Source of the DNA: the human T2T-CHM13v2.0 reference genome, Homo sapiens | DNA: 64,000 nucleotides | Strand: one strand, 5' to 3' | NCBI RefSeq assembly: GCF_009914755.1 | Contig: NC_060942.1 | Part shown: in pieces, positions 39,790-55,989 of the stretch | How positions within the stretch are numbered: the first letter of the stretch is position 1 | How the letters are laid out: every line of letters begins with the position of its first letter | Made by a program: the position numbers and the translations under genes | Notes under the pieces: generated by a model | Seen by the model: the letters and a program-made list of their open reading frames with translations, nothing else | What the model was told of the DNA's origin: nothing | Databases searched by the model: none

Positions 39790-40345
39790 GACCGTGGGCG
39801 TGGGACACAGGCCGGTCAGGCAGATGGTCAGACACCTGGAGAGGTGCCCAGCAGCTTGGAGCCCTCGGGAGCTCAGGGCACCAGCTACTGACCCGGACGG
39901 AGCAGCACAGGGTCTTCCCCACCGCTGCTCTCATGGGGCGCACACCGGCTGAATGTCTGCAAGGGGTATAGGAAAGAGGAGAGAGAAACATGAATATCCG
40001 AGGTCACCAAAGGACATGCAAGCCAGTCAGTGACAAAAGGGAACGTGGCACAGCATGGAGGAGCCGCCCTTAGGTCAGATCAGGCCTGTCATCGTCACTG
40101 GTGACCCTCCCTACCGGGGGAGGTGGCCCTGGCAGCAAGCACCTGTCCTGCTGGCTGAGCGGCAGCCCACGTGTCCGGGGCAGGGTGGCCAGCTGGCCAG
40201 CTGGGCCGGAGCCCAGAGTGCTGAGGCTCGCAGCCCGATCTCGGCAGTCCTGTACCGTCGCATCAGGCCACAGGCCACAGGCCACAGGTGGCTCTTCCCG
40301 CATGCCGGAGGAAACACAAAATCCCTGCCAGCAGAGAAGGAGCGG
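39790..40345. promoter_or_regulatory. GC-rich, CpG-enriched unique segment (below the CpG-island threshold)
   Basis: About 15 CpG in 40061-40345 by hand count; E-box CACGTG at 40168-40173. Confidence 0.35.
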
Positions 40346-41341
40346 CCCAGCCACTTGCCTGTGGGTTTCATGAAATGTGCGACTCTGATCTCATACCCCT
40401 TAGAATTTCTAGTAAAAGATCCAGAATGTCTGACTTCCCAAGAAGGAACCTTCATGGGAAAGAATAGGCAGGAATGTTTTCAGAGCCAGTTCCTCAATTT
40501 CTCCAGGTTCCAAAAAGCTGCAAGACCATACTCACCTCTTCAGGGTCTCCACATCCCCTGAATATCATATTCAGCTGTTGTTCTCATCACATCTTGAGTA
40601 AATTTTTGTGGCTGTTTCTAATTATTCCCTCTGCCTGGGGAGTTCATTTTGCATCACCGTGTTACTTTGGGCCATCTAAAACTATTCCCATCTTACCATA
40701 TGTGTTCGGCTCTCACTAATTGGGGAAAGTTATTTTTAGTATTTCCTCTTCTTTCCATCTTTGCAGATCTGCCCTATTTAGGGAAAAAAAAAATCCTAAA
40801 GCAGTTTTGTGTTTTTTAGAGACATACCAGAGATGCTTTTAAAGTTCTACAAGCAACATTTTCATGTTCAATGTGGAGGTCAGTAAGAGACCAAAAATCC
40901 CAAATCCCAGATTGTACCTCCTACTCTCTGTGATGGATTAGAAAGAAAACAGGATCCTCTTCATCCTTCAAGACCCAGTCAGTTTTGTCGCCTCTGAGAA
41001 GTCTTCTCCTGTGTCTGCTTCCACCCCACCCTGCTTCAGGAAGACTCACGTTGCCTAGAATTCAACAACCACCCTGGAACTGTGCCTTCTGTTTTTTATG
41101 TTTCAGATACATACCCATACCCCAATAATTCTACCAAATTTAAGCTATCTTTATGAAACTAAATATGAAGATTCAAATTAGATTTAAAACTCATTTAGCT
41201 AATCTGTTCCAAAAGCAACTTCTGTCTGTTAATTGGTCGTTTGGTAAGCAGCTTTAGACTCATTTTAGTACCTTAACTTAAAATACCACTCTCGGCACAC
41301 AAATACTTGTTTATTGATGTCGAAATTAAGAAATTGTATTT

Positions 41342-41630
41342 CTTTTTTTTAAGACAGAGTCTTGCTCTGTCACCCAGGCTGGAGTGCAGGCACAATCTAT
41401 GCTCACTGCAACCTCAGCCTCCTGGGTTCAAGTGATTCTCCTGCCTCAGCCTCCCAAGTAGCTGGGATTACAGGCATGTGCCACCATGCCCCGTTAATTT
41501 TTGTATTTTTAGTAGAGATGGGGTTTTGCCATGTTGGCCAGGCTGGTCACGAACTCCTGACCTCAGGTGATCCACCCACCTCAGTCTCCCAAAGTGCTGG
41601 GATTACAGGGGTGAGCCACCACACCCAGCC
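41342..41630 (-). mobile_element. AluSx
   Basis: Dimer; TSD AGAAATTGTATTT at 41329-41341 and 41631-41643. Confidence 0.95.
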
Positions 41631-41888
41631 AGAAATTGTATTTTCTTATCATCTGGTTTAATATTTTGCTTTTTTAACTGTTACTTCACCAAAATAATAA
41701 AAAAGCAGTTTTGAACCACATAGGAAAATGAATCTTTTCCTAATTTTGGCCAGGGTAGACCTGCTGGTAGTACTCAGAAATCGGTTACTATTAAAACAGT
41801 TTAATTTTTTCAGTTCTTCATTATTCAAAGACTCCAATTAGCACCTCTTTCAAATATGTGAGCAGAGAGCTTCATAAAAATTTAATTA

Positions 41889-42023
41889 GGCCGGGTACAT
41901 TGGCTTATACTTGTAATCCCAGCACTTTGGGAGGCCAAGGCAGGAGAACAGCTTGAGCTCAGGAGTTTGAGGCCAACCTGGGCAACACAGAGAGACCTGT
42001 CTCTAAAAAAAGAAAAGAAAAAA
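41889..42023 (+). mobile_element. FLAM_C / Alu left monomer
   Basis: Single monomer with A-rich tail. Confidence 0.88.
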
Positions 42024-42042
42024 GACTTAATAAAAAAGAATT

Positions 42043-43250
<1,208 letters not shown>

Positions 43251-43592
43251 AAATGTATTTTTTTTAAATTAACCACCCTTTAATAAAAGACTTTGTAGGA
43301 AATTAAGCTTAAGAGAATAACTGTTACTACATTTTGGTTACTGCTCTCTTCCCAGTCTCTCTGTGTATTCTATAGGTCCAAGAAACTAACTTGGGAAAGG
43401 AGAGGGAAAGTTCTTATTTTCATATGCTGGTAAGACATTCTAGTACTACCATGTCAAAATATAAGCTTTAAAATTGTAGACCAGTGGTGGTGGGGGCTCT
43501 GCAAGCCAGCTATTGAAAAACAAGTGGATTCATGTCTGCACTTTAAATAAGAGGTGATAAGTAGAAAACACAAGTAGGTTCAGAATGGACTA

Positions 43593-44180
43593 ACAGGGCT
43601 TTTCAAATTTGAATGTTGTATTAGTCCATTCTCACGCTGCTGTAATGACATACCTAAGACTGGGTAATTTATAAAGAAAAGAGGTTTAATTGGCTGAAAG
43701 TTCTGCAGGCTGTACAGGAAGCATGGCAGCATCTGCTCAGCATCAGGCGAGACCTCAGGAAACCTACAATTATGGCAGAAGGTGAAAGGGAAGCAGGCAT
43801 GTTTTACGTGGCTGGAACAGGAGGAAGAGAGAGAGTGGGGAGGTGCCACACGCTTTTAAACAACCAGATCTTGTGAGAACTCACTCATTATTATGAGAAC
43901 AGAAACAGCACTAAACAGAGATATCCACCCCTAAGATCCAATCACTTCCCACCAGGCCCCACCTCCAAGATTGGGGATTACATTTTGACATGAGATTTGG
44001 GTGGGACACAGATCCAAACTATAGCAAATGTGTATACAAATCACCTGGGATCTTATTAAAAATGAAGATTCTGATTCAGTATATTTGGAACAAGTCCAGT
44101 AATTCTGCATGTCTAGCAAGCTCCCATGTCCCAGGTGACATCCATGCTGCTGGTCCAGGAACCACACTTTGGTGGCAAGA
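43593..44180. mobile_element. MER5A split by an MST LTR
   Basis: ttttcaaatttgaatgt | gtatacaaatcacctgggatcttattaaaaatgaagattctgattcagta...gctgctggtccaggaaccacacttt. Confidence 0.8.
43617..44026 (-). mobile_element. MSTA/MSTB solo LTR
   Basis: tgtattagtccattctcac...gggacacagatccaaactatagca; 5-bp TSD AATGT at 43612-43616 and 44027-44031. Confidence 0.93.
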
Positions 44181-45054
44181 ATGTGAGTCATTGTGTGTGT
44201 TGCTATCATTAGTCTTCCTGGTATTGGACTTGAGACCTTCTTAGTCATCTTTGTATCTCCAACACTTATAAGGTGACCAACGTCAAGTTGAGTTAACACA
44301 TAGTTACAGAATAAATACATCTTTACAGAATAAATACATCTTAGCCTTTCTTTCTCTAAAAAACGGTGAGAGCAACTCTCTCAGGTATGGATGGGATAAT
44401 ATCCAAAAGTATCCACGCTTCTTCAGGGTTGAAAGAAGACCTTCGAAAGAAAATCTAAAGAACAAAAGTGCTCACCATTCAGCCCATATCCACTTCCTTT
44501 TCATAGAAATGATAGAAGCAAAAATAAGAAAATAGCTTGGTGAGACTAGATGGTTAGATGAAAGGGTTCCAGGGAGTAAAGATGGTAAGGACTCGAGCTA
44601 GCACACTAGAAAAAGTCTCCTTTTCCTAGGTGCCAGTTTCCAGACTATGCTTTGCAAAGAGCACTACGATGAACATCCTTAAACACTGAATTAATGTGTG
44701 TCAGCAAAATAATTTCCCTAAAATTGTTTTATTATAAGGAAATTAATAGGGAGTGTGCATGTCCTTTCAACAACATGCTGGAGCATTGTCTAAAAAGCCC
44801 ACTGAAGATTATTTAATTCTCTAACAGAGCGTCCCTGTGTTTGCCTTTAGTATTTACTATTTGAATATAACTCAGACACTATGGAGTTCTCTGTGGACTT
44901 ACATATTTCCATCCAGTAGAAGATCTTATTACAAAGGTTATGGTCCCATTGTCCTGCACCATATGATGCAATTGTGTATATAACCTAGCAATGTTATTTA
45001 AACATCCTTTTTTAAAAAATTTTTCTTTATTTCTTTAAAGAAATAATTTTATAA

Positions 45055-45177
<123 letters not shown>

Positions 45178-45201
45178 TGAACATTCTTTTAAAAATATTA
45201 C

Positions 45202-45310
45202 TATAACCCAGCATTTTGGGAGGCCGAAGCAGGTGGATCACTTGAGCTCAGGAGTTCAAGACCAACCTGGGCAACATGATGAAACCCCGTCTCAGTTAAA
45301 AAAAAAAAAA
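45202..45310 (+). mobile_element. 5'-truncated Alu left monomer
   Basis: cccagcattttgggaggccgaagcaggtggatcacttgagctcagg followed by an A-tail. Confidence 0.88.
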
Positions 45311-45559
45311 TTCCTATAAATGCCCAGTTCCTCAAAATGCTTTCCCAACCAGTTTTACCACCTTACTGAATCTCTCATTAATGAACAAATATTTGACATG
45401 TGCTAATTGTATATTTGTATGAGAGTCATGTTTTTAACTTTTTGAAAATTATGCTTTGACAGAATAAATTACCAGAAATAGAGCTTGGCTCGGTACATCA
45501 CATGTCCTCAGACCAAGAACAACTATGCTGGAGAAGCTGTATTTCCTTCACCATCACTG

Positions 45560-45840
45560 AGGAGCCTCATCTGCACCTGGAATGAATTAAGATATCAATG
45601 TCCTATTTTGACTGCATGCTGTTTAGAAATGAGATTTTGAGAAGTCTTAGGATAGGGTGAGTGTATTTTTGTATGTGGAAGGGAATATAAATAATTTTGG
45701 GTCAGTGGGCAAACAGAGGGGTTTTCAATAATTCTTTGACACCCCTCCCTTCTGTGGAGCTAATTCCCCTCCGCTTGAGTGAGTCACCCGGTGACTCATT
45801 ACTAAGGAATAGAATGTGGCATAAATGATAGAGCATGACT

Positions 45841-45896
<56 letters not shown>

Positions 45897-46598
45897 TTTT
45901 TGAGACAGGGTCTCACTCTGTGGCCCAGACTGGAGTGCCATGGTGCAAGCACAGCTCACTCGGCTTCAACCTCCTGGGCTCAAGCGATCCTCTCACCTCA
46001 GCCTCCCAAGCAGCTGGGATTACAGGCACACACCACCATATCCAGACAATTTTTGTATTTTCTGTAGAAACAGGAGTTTCACAGTGTTGACCAGGATGGT
46101 CTTGACTCCTGGACTCAAGTGATCCTGCCACTCCAGCCTCCCAAAGTCCTGGGATTACAGATATGAGCCACCAGGCCCAGCCTGACAGAACATGACTTCT
46201 GAGGGTAGGTCATAAAAGACATTGTGACTTCCAGTTTGCTCTTTGATCACTTGTCTAAAGGAAGTCAGCTGCCATGTCTCAATGACACTCAAGTGGCCCT
46301 ATGGAGGGGCCCAAAACAGCATCCTCCCACCAATAGCCATCGAGGAACTGAGGAACTGAGGCCCTTTGCTAATAGCCATGAGTGCACCATCATGAAGTAG
46401 ATCTCCTGCCCCTGTCAAGCCTTCAGATGACTGCAGCCCCAGCTGACTGCTCAACTGCAACCTCATGAGAAACCCTCAGCTAGGACAACCCAGCTAAGCT
46501 ATTCTCAAATTCCACAGAAACTGTGAAATAATACATGCTTATGTTTTAAGCAATTAAGCTTTGGTTAATTTGTTACACAGTAATAGATAACTAATACA
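45560..46598 (+). mobile_element. MLT1 internal 3' remnant plus MLT1F-like LTR, split by an Alu
   Basis: gatagggtgagtgtatttttgtatgtggaaggga (MLT-int end), then aagccttcagatgactgcagccccagc...gtaatagataactaataca. Confidence 0.8.
45840..46182 (-). mobile_element. AluJ with (TTTC)n microsatellite tail
   Basis: Pure TTTC array ~45840-45894; TSD gayagarcatgacttct. Confidence 0.93.
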
Positions 46599-46599
46599 G

Positions 46600-47020
46600 C
46601 TGGCTTATCAGGCATGTGTAGTTTAAGACTTTTCATACAGATTGCAAAATTGCCTTCCTGAAATGTTATGCCAATTTACACTCCCACGAAGAGTTGCATA
46701 AGAGTGCTCATGTTCTCAGTCCTTCCTCTTGTTAAGTGCTACATTTTTAATTTATTCTTTCTGATATTCTTTATTCTTTCTGATAGAAAATGGTATCTTA
46801 TTACTCTGATTTATATAGTTTTAAAGTTCAATGAGGTTGAACGTTTTTCATATATTTATTATCTGTTTTGTGACTCTCAATCAAATGCTGTGTGTGTGTG
46901 TATATATATATATTAAATTGTAGTGTTAATTTTTTTCATTCCTTGATTCCTAAGGTCTATTTGGCTTTTAACATCTTATATCTACCTGTTACTATGTTGC
47001 AAGTATTTCTCCTAGCTTGC
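46600..47020 (-). mobile_element. Old L1 (L1ME-like) fragment
   Basis: attgcaaaattgccttcctgaaatgttatgccaatttacactcccac...aaaatggtatcttatt. Confidence 0.65.
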
Positions 47021-47036
47021 CACATAGATATCCTTA

Positions 47037-47405
47037 TGTGGGGGACATGAAGATGTACTGCCTGCAACCCTTTCAAGGAAGATTTGTGGCAGCTGTCTCT
47101 TGCCTCAGTTGCAGAGAGCTGCCTTGCCCAAGAGTATGCTCTTCCTGTGACCCATATCCATTGATCAATTGTTGTAGGGTATAAAGGTCCAGCCATTTCA
47201 GCCCACCATGGTCCTGCTCTGGCAAGCCATTGACACTCCCGAGCTCTCCACAGGGTAGCATTGCTGAGCTGCATTGTAGTTCGACCACTCCCCTAAAGAA
47301 ACCCTGCTTCCTTCGTCTCCTTTCCATAGGTGTCGATCTCTAACAAACACGGTGCCCATCAAATTTCAACCTAGCATCTTTTTCTAGAATACTTAACCTG
47401 TGACA
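47037..47405 (+). mobile_element. LTR16A/B-like ERVL solo LTR
   Basis: gagagctgccttgcccaag...gggtataaaggtccagccatt...ttaacctgtgaca. Confidence 0.7.
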
Positions 47406-47629
47406 TCCTGGAAATTAATTCCTCAACTTGTAATTGATATAATATCTATATACCTCTACACATAAATGTATTACTCTTAAAAATAATTTATTATGTTTTT
47501 TCATAGGGGAAACTGGTTCTTTTATAGAATGATTATTGGAATAAAAACACAAAAAGTTGAGTGTTATTTAAAAACACAAAGTCTTTCCCTATCAGCTACT
47601 ATGCAAATCCATTATCTATATTACATTTC

Positions 47630-47830
47630 TTCAAATAAAATCACTTCCTTACCCTGCGATATCTCCCCTGTCACTTACTATCCCCTTTATCTTGTTTTTT
47701 TTTCTTCACAGCATTTTATTTGAGTATCTTTTACATCTGTATCTGCCTCCCCAGCACCTAGAATGGAACATGGCATATAATGTGTTCAATAAATATTGAT
47801 TGAATGGATAGATGAGTAGATCAATAAAGG
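47630..47830 (+). mobile_element. L2 3' end
   Basis: ccccagcacctagaatggaacatggcatataatgtgttcaataaatattgattgaatggat. Confidence 0.7.
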
Positions 47831-49010
47831 AGTAAGTGACATTTGGGTAAAGGTAGATAAAGTATATCCAGACCAATACCATATTTGTCCTCCTTCTTCC
47901 AGGAAAATGAAGCACAGTATTAATTTGTCTCATACAGAAGTTACCAAAAATATTTATTGTATGTGCACAAATGTATCCAGACCACTCTAGAAACCATCTC
48001 TTCTTTGATCTCTTCTTTCCCCCAGCCTTTCCTCTTTTTGCAGCCTGCAGGACTGCCTAGCTTCAAGGGAGCTGAGAGGAAGGTTGTGTTCAGGTGATCA
48101 GGAATGGTAACAGATGGTTGGATGCCCTCATTTTGCAGATGCCTCTATATTTGTGCTGCTTAAAAGCATTTTAACTAGTATAGAGCAAAACATGTATTAT
48201 CTTTTAGTTGCAGCCCTAGTTTCTAGAATCCCGGATTAGTGACTAGCCCCCTAAACCTCACAGCCACTAATCCACTGGGATGGCTCCTCTGCCTCTGTTG
48301 ACGTTGGGTGCTTTCAGCCCCCAGTGAATTCTGCCTCTTTAATCTTGTTTGGTGCTGATTTTTTTTTTTCTACCATTAGCGCTTTGGATTGGAATGTGGT
48401 TGCCTCATATTTTTTTGTCAGACTCTTTACAGACAAGCAAATAAACTTGGAGAGGGTAAGTAAGGTAACACAGGAGATCTGAGATAGAGCTAGGACTTTT
48501 GCCATTTATCCTTGTCATCAAAAGCACTCATTAATCTTATCGTCATTCTGTGGCAGGGTGGTGGAACAGCACAGGTCAATTTAGAGATTCAGGACAATGG
48601 GGAACACTCACTCTCTCCAGTTCTTTTGTGCAAACAGCTGACCTAAGAATAAAACTTAAGCATCCAGAATGTCATAAAAGCACAGTCTATGTTCATATTT
48701 AAGTTCATCTGCAGCATTTTTGTCACTTTTAGCTACGATTAGGATGCCTTTAAAGCAGTTATTGTCCAATAGATTTCCATTTGAAGGAAAGGATGTTTGT
48801 CATGGTAAGTAATTAAGTAATAGAACATTTCTTAGCTTCTAAGGGAAACCTTTCCAGGTTAAGTAATTTGCAGAGGGGGAAATGTCATCTTTTATTTTTT
48901 TTCTTCAGAAGGAATTGATTAGACAGAACAACTACAGGAAACCCCAAATGTTGAAATCAGCAGGAGACCTTTAAATTGCACAGAATCAAATTTCTAAAAA
49001 CATAATTCTA

Positions 49011-49350
<340 letters not shown>

Positions 49351-50667
49351 TTAGCTCTTTGCATTTTCCCCCATTTTGTAATTATTGTTATTGCTTTATG
49401 CATTGTGAAGTCTCTATTATGCGAACCCCATCGGGGGCTGCTTTTCCATCACGATCAGCTCATTGGTGCTGTCAGCATAGAGCTCCCGGGAGGCCTCCCT
49501 GAGAATCTAGTGGAAAAGAAAGGAAATGTGAGCTTGAGGAGTCTTGCTAGCAGTGACTGTTGCCGTGCCCACTGGAGCTATGCTTAACCTAAAGATTTCA
49601 GGACTCTGACCTACAAAAACATCTCAGGCAGGACGCCCAGGTTTTGGTGTCTTTTTCACGCTTTTTTTCCCCAGGAACATGACCAGCCACATTTTAATGG
49701 CCATAGAGAAAACAAAATTTTTTCCCCTGGTGCCAGTTATTTTTGTTGAGTTTGTCGTTTTAAGATAATTGATGTAAAAAAAAAAAAAAAACATTTATCC
49801 AGGGAAGGCAAGAGCAGAAAAGAACCTGATAAATCCTCCAAGGAGGACTAGGGGATAGAAAGTAACATTATAGCCATGAAGAACCTAATTGTGCATCCAG
49901 CAATAATTTCTGCTGTATAAACTAAGATTTAAAGATGTCTCTCAGGAAGCAGGAAAATAGTGGGATGTCCCATAGAGGACATGAGCTTTGACACTGAAAG
50001 ACTGCTGTCCGCCGCTGCCTGGGACCACTGAAGACAGACAAGCTTTCCAGCATGAATTTTGGTTAATATAGTGAATTATATAGACATGAAAGAGATTTAC
50101 TGCCCTCTCACACCATCTTTCTCTAAACACATAAACATTCAAGATAAAATAGAACCCCCTAAAAATAGATTGAAATGCAGAGCCCAGCTTACAAGTTTTA
50201 GGAAACGGATCCAAAATAAAAAAGAGAGCAAAGCCAGAGAGGCAATTAAGAGCTGCAGCAGCATGGCCCACAGGGGACCATCCCCAGATGAAGGTCTTAC
50301 TGGCTGGGAGTTGGAGTTTTAACACGTGGACTGAGACAGGAGAGTTAGGCTCAGGGCCATGGGAAGGGAGGCTCTTGCATAACGTTGAGTCTCAGATTCC
50401 ATTCCTTTCATGAACCTATGAGTTGAAAAACTCTTCCCACTTGCCTGAGGAAGAACGAGAAGATTGCTGTCTACTCTGGTCCCTGGAAAAAAGAGCCACC
50501 CGCCATAAATCAAAATGGAGGTGTGAGATCTGAATTTATAAGTTGGGTATGGTGAGAAAACCCCCAAGATCAGAAATTAATATAAAATTCTTCTGGAATG
50601 GGTGAAACCACTAGAAACACAGCAGAGGCACATGCAAAACTGTCCTATAGAGATATTTCTTTACCCC

Positions 50668-51323
<656 letters not shown>

Positions 51324-51329
51324 TCCTAG

Positions 51330-53360
51330 AATACATGGCAGCCTAGGTACCCTCACTGAAGGTAAATTCACAAGAAAAATTTCTAGACTTCACGAAGAAA
51401 GGGAAAGTCACAAGGAATAATGAACAGGGAAATTTGCACTCCCCAAAACTACAGGTAATAGAATAAGCTAAAACATATTATAAAATGTTTCTTTAAAATA
51501 TTTAGACATGAAAGAAGGTATAGAAATTATAAGTACAGAGTAATATGAGAAAGGAATATGTTTTTTAAAGAAAATTGAATATAAATTGTGAAAATAAAAA
51601 ATACAGTTACTGAAATTAAAAATGCAATGAATGGGAAAACAGTATACTAGACCCAGCTGAATAGAAACTTAGTGAATTGAAATACAAATCTAAAAAAGAG
51701 TCTGTAGCATCTAGATGAAAATACCAAAGAAAGGCAAAGATACATGAAAGATAGAATGAGAAATACCAAAATATGGATATTAACAATTACAAAAGGAAAC
51801 ACCAGAAGAACCTAGAAGGGGCAAGGAAGGGTTTTATATGTACAGGCTTGGCTGGGTGCGGCATCTCATGCCTATAATCCCACACTTTGAAGGCCAAGGC
51901 AGGAGGACTGTTTGAGACTGGGAGTTTGAGAACAGTCTGGACAACACAGCAAGACTTTACCTTTACTAAAATTTTTTTTTAAATTAGCCAGGCATGGTGA
52001 CACGTGCTTGTAGAACCAGCTACTAGAGTGGCTGAGGTAGGAGGATCACTTGAGCCCAGGAGGTTGAGGGAAAAAAAAGAGAGCGCGAGGGAGATAAATG
52101 TAAAGCCTGAAAATTTTCCTGAATGGGAGAAGGAAATTGTCTTCAGATTAAAGAAACCTATCAGGACCTGAGCAAGAAAAATAAAAACAAAATCACATCT
52201 AAACACATTGTAATGAAAGAGCAAATCAACAAAAACAAACAAAAAAAAGCCTTAAAAACTACCAGGTTATTTTTCAAAGAATGGCAATTATACTAGAGAA
52301 GACTTTTCAACAACAGAAATCAAACAACAGTGAAATAATATTTCAAAGTTCTGAGAAAAACAATAACTGTCTCTCTAGAATTCTAGACCCAATTACACTG
52401 TCATTCAAGAGTGAAAGCAAAATAAAAGTGTTTTCAGACAAGCAAGTTTACTATTCCGACTTACCTGAAACAACTGATTTAAAATATACTATAGGAAGAA
52501 TTAATTTGAGTGGTATACAAGAAGCATGTGGTAAATACACTGGTAAATCTAAATGAGTGTTTGCTATAAATAATAATAGTACTGAAAAATGAGGTGACGG
52601 TCAGGGGTAAAAACAAGAATTAAAGTACCAGAAAATGATAACACAGGAGATAGAAGGTCGATTTTGAAGAATTCTAAGGTCTTTCTATTGTTAAGGTGAA
52701 GAACGGAAATATTAAGTGACCTTAAAATCTAAGTAAATATCTGTGTTAAAAATTGAGAACATCAAATAGATAATTTGTTAATTTGATAATGTGGGCAGTG
52801 ATATGGTTTGGCTGTGTCCTCAACCAAATCTCATCGTGAATTGTAGTTGCCATAATTCCTGTGTCATGGGAAGGACCAAGTGGGAGGTAACTGGATCATG
52901 GGGGCGGGTCTTTCCCATGCTGTTCTCATGGTAGTGAATAAGTCTCAGGAGATCTGATGGTTTTATAAAGGGGAGTTCCCCTGCACAAGCTCTCTTTGCC
53001 TGCCACCGTGTAAAACATCCCTTTGCTCTACCTTGGTCTTCTGCCATGATTGTGAGGTCCTCCAGAAGCCATGTGGAACTGTGAGTCCATTAAACCTCTT
53101 TCCTTTATAAATAACCCAGACTCAGGTATGTCTTTATTAGCAGTGTGAGAACAGACTAATACAGGTAGGTAAAGGAAAATAATGAAAAACCCAATCAAGT
53201 CAATGAAAGTCAGGGAGGGGTTGTGGGGAAACATGGTAAATGAGAAACCCAGAATAAATGATAGCAAAAAAACTCAACATATCAGTAAGCAATATAAATG
53301 TAAATGGATTATATTTGTCTACTAAAATACAGAGACTCTCAAATTCCATTTACAAAATCC
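51330..53360 (+). mobile_element. Old L1 (L1M, ORF1/inter-ORF region) hosting a 3'-truncated AluJ (~51850-52069) and THE1
   Basis: A-rich strand; ctagaattctagacccaattacactgtcattcaagagtgaaagcaaaataaaagtgttttcagaca (ORF1-like); aaatgtaaatggattat (ORF2 start-like). Confidence 0.7.
52799..53163 (+). mobile_element. THE1 (B/C-like) solo LTR
   Basis: tgatatggtttggctgtgtcc...ctgtgagtccattaaacctctt...cagactaataca; TSD GGCAG/GGTAG. Confidence 0.95.
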
Positions 53361-53715
53361 GTTAGATGGTGCTCCAACTCTGGCTTGTAGTTTTTACGGA
53401 TGAAAAACTAGTTGCCTGTCATTATTGTCTTTATTATTATGTATGTAATATGCCTTTTACCTCTCTCTGCTTATAAGATTTATTGTTATTATTATTGGTT
53501 TTAAGCAATTTGATTATGAAATTAAGTTGGCACATACCCGCTCATTGATTGATAGATTTAACACAATTGTATTATAATTACATCAATAAAGATATACACA
53601 AGGCATCATTATAAAAGCATAAAAGAACATAACTTTAGTAGAATTTTCCCGGTATATTAATTTAGATAAAGGCATAAATGATTGCAATAATAGAATTCAT
53701 ATAAAGAAAAGAGAA

Positions 53716-54037
<322 letters not shown>

Positions 54038-54522
54038 TTAGGGCAAGAAATTCCCACTTTATAAACTATAAATATAAAGTACAGAAGGCATAGAAAGCTA
54101 AACACTTCATTGTCACCATTTTCACCATCCAAGTCTATCTTGATTTTACGTTATCTGTAGCTTAGGCCTAGGGCAACCTGGTGGCCAATCAGTAAGCTCC
54201 CAATTCTCACATGAGTACATATTTTGTATATTGGTCTATGCATCCCAAAACCCCTTGTGGATTCTGGGGAAGGTGGTACTGCCATCATGCTCCCGTGCAC
54301 ACCTCCAGAATGGGCCTCTTAGGTATAAGCAGTGGGCAAGAGAGATCTGGAGAACAGAGGAAAGGGTTGAAGGAAAATTTTTTCATTCTCAACTCCCTTA
54401 AAAATATAAATACAGAGATGGGGGAAAAATCACTACATCTATTTACTCCTTAAGCTCACGCCTTAGAAAGCAGCATTGCTTTTTGCTTTTTGTCAAGCAC
54501 ATGAGATCAAAACTAAACATAG

Positions 54523-55089
<567 letters not shown>

Positions 55090-55376
55090 TAGTCCGGATA
55101 GGGAAGATGCTCTCACACTTGCTTGGCAAATAAGAGTAGCTTAGAAGAAAATTCTCCTATTTCTGGAAGGGAGTAAGGAGTGAATCCCAGGAAAGGAGGG
55201 ACCTGCTGCACTGCAGACCCCATGTGGGGGCAGTACCTCAGGGACTGGCCTGCATGCTACACCTAGGGGGCTGTGTCCTGGGTCTGGGTCCCACCTCAGC
55301 AAGCCTGTCTGGGCCAGCTTGTTATGGGAGTAGTGTTGTCCTCTATCTCTTAAAACCCACAATAAACCAGATCCAT

Positions 55377-55640
55377 CCAGGCACACACCTATAATCCTAG
55401 AGCTTTGGGAGGCTGAGGCAGGAGGATTGCTTGAGGGCAGGAGCTCAAGACCAGCCTGGACAACATAGTGAGACCCCCGTCTCTACAACAGAATCTAAAA
55501 ATTAACCAGGCATGATGGCATGGAGTCCCAGCTGCTCAGGAGGCTGAAGTGGGAGGACTGTTTGAACCCAGGAGTTCAAGGCTGCAGTGGGCTATGACCA
55601 TGCCACTGCACTCCAGCATGGGCAACAGAGGGAGGCCCTG
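55377..55640 (+). mobile_element. AluJ with small deletions
   Basis: cctataatcctagagctttgggaggctgagg...ggagttcaaggctgcagtgggctatga. Confidence 0.9.
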
Positions 55641-55989
55641 TCTCTTAAAAAGAAAAGAAATCAGATCCAAGAACTAAAGGCCATCCCCAAAATTCCAGGT
55701 TGCATGAGACCCTGTGACTGGTGCAGGACCCCAAGAAGGTGACAGGAAAGAACCACAATGCTGACCAATATTTTTTTAAATAATCTCTAGAGAGTGGGCA
55801 CTTGGGGGTTAATTTACTTTGATTTTTAAAAATGAAATAACTCATTAACTCTTGGTCTGAAAGTTGTGATGGAACTAAATCCATATACACCACACATATT
55901 TACAGAACAAGGCTATTTAGATCAGTGGGTTTTTTGTTTCTTTTTGTTTTCAGTTTAATTTATTTAAAATTTTTATTTATTAATTATTT

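Noticed and set aside
40055-40561. 168-aa ATG ORF with good Kozak context (agcATGG)
   Set aside because: No recognisable homology; four other frames are also open here because of high GC; kept only as part of the CpG-patch finding
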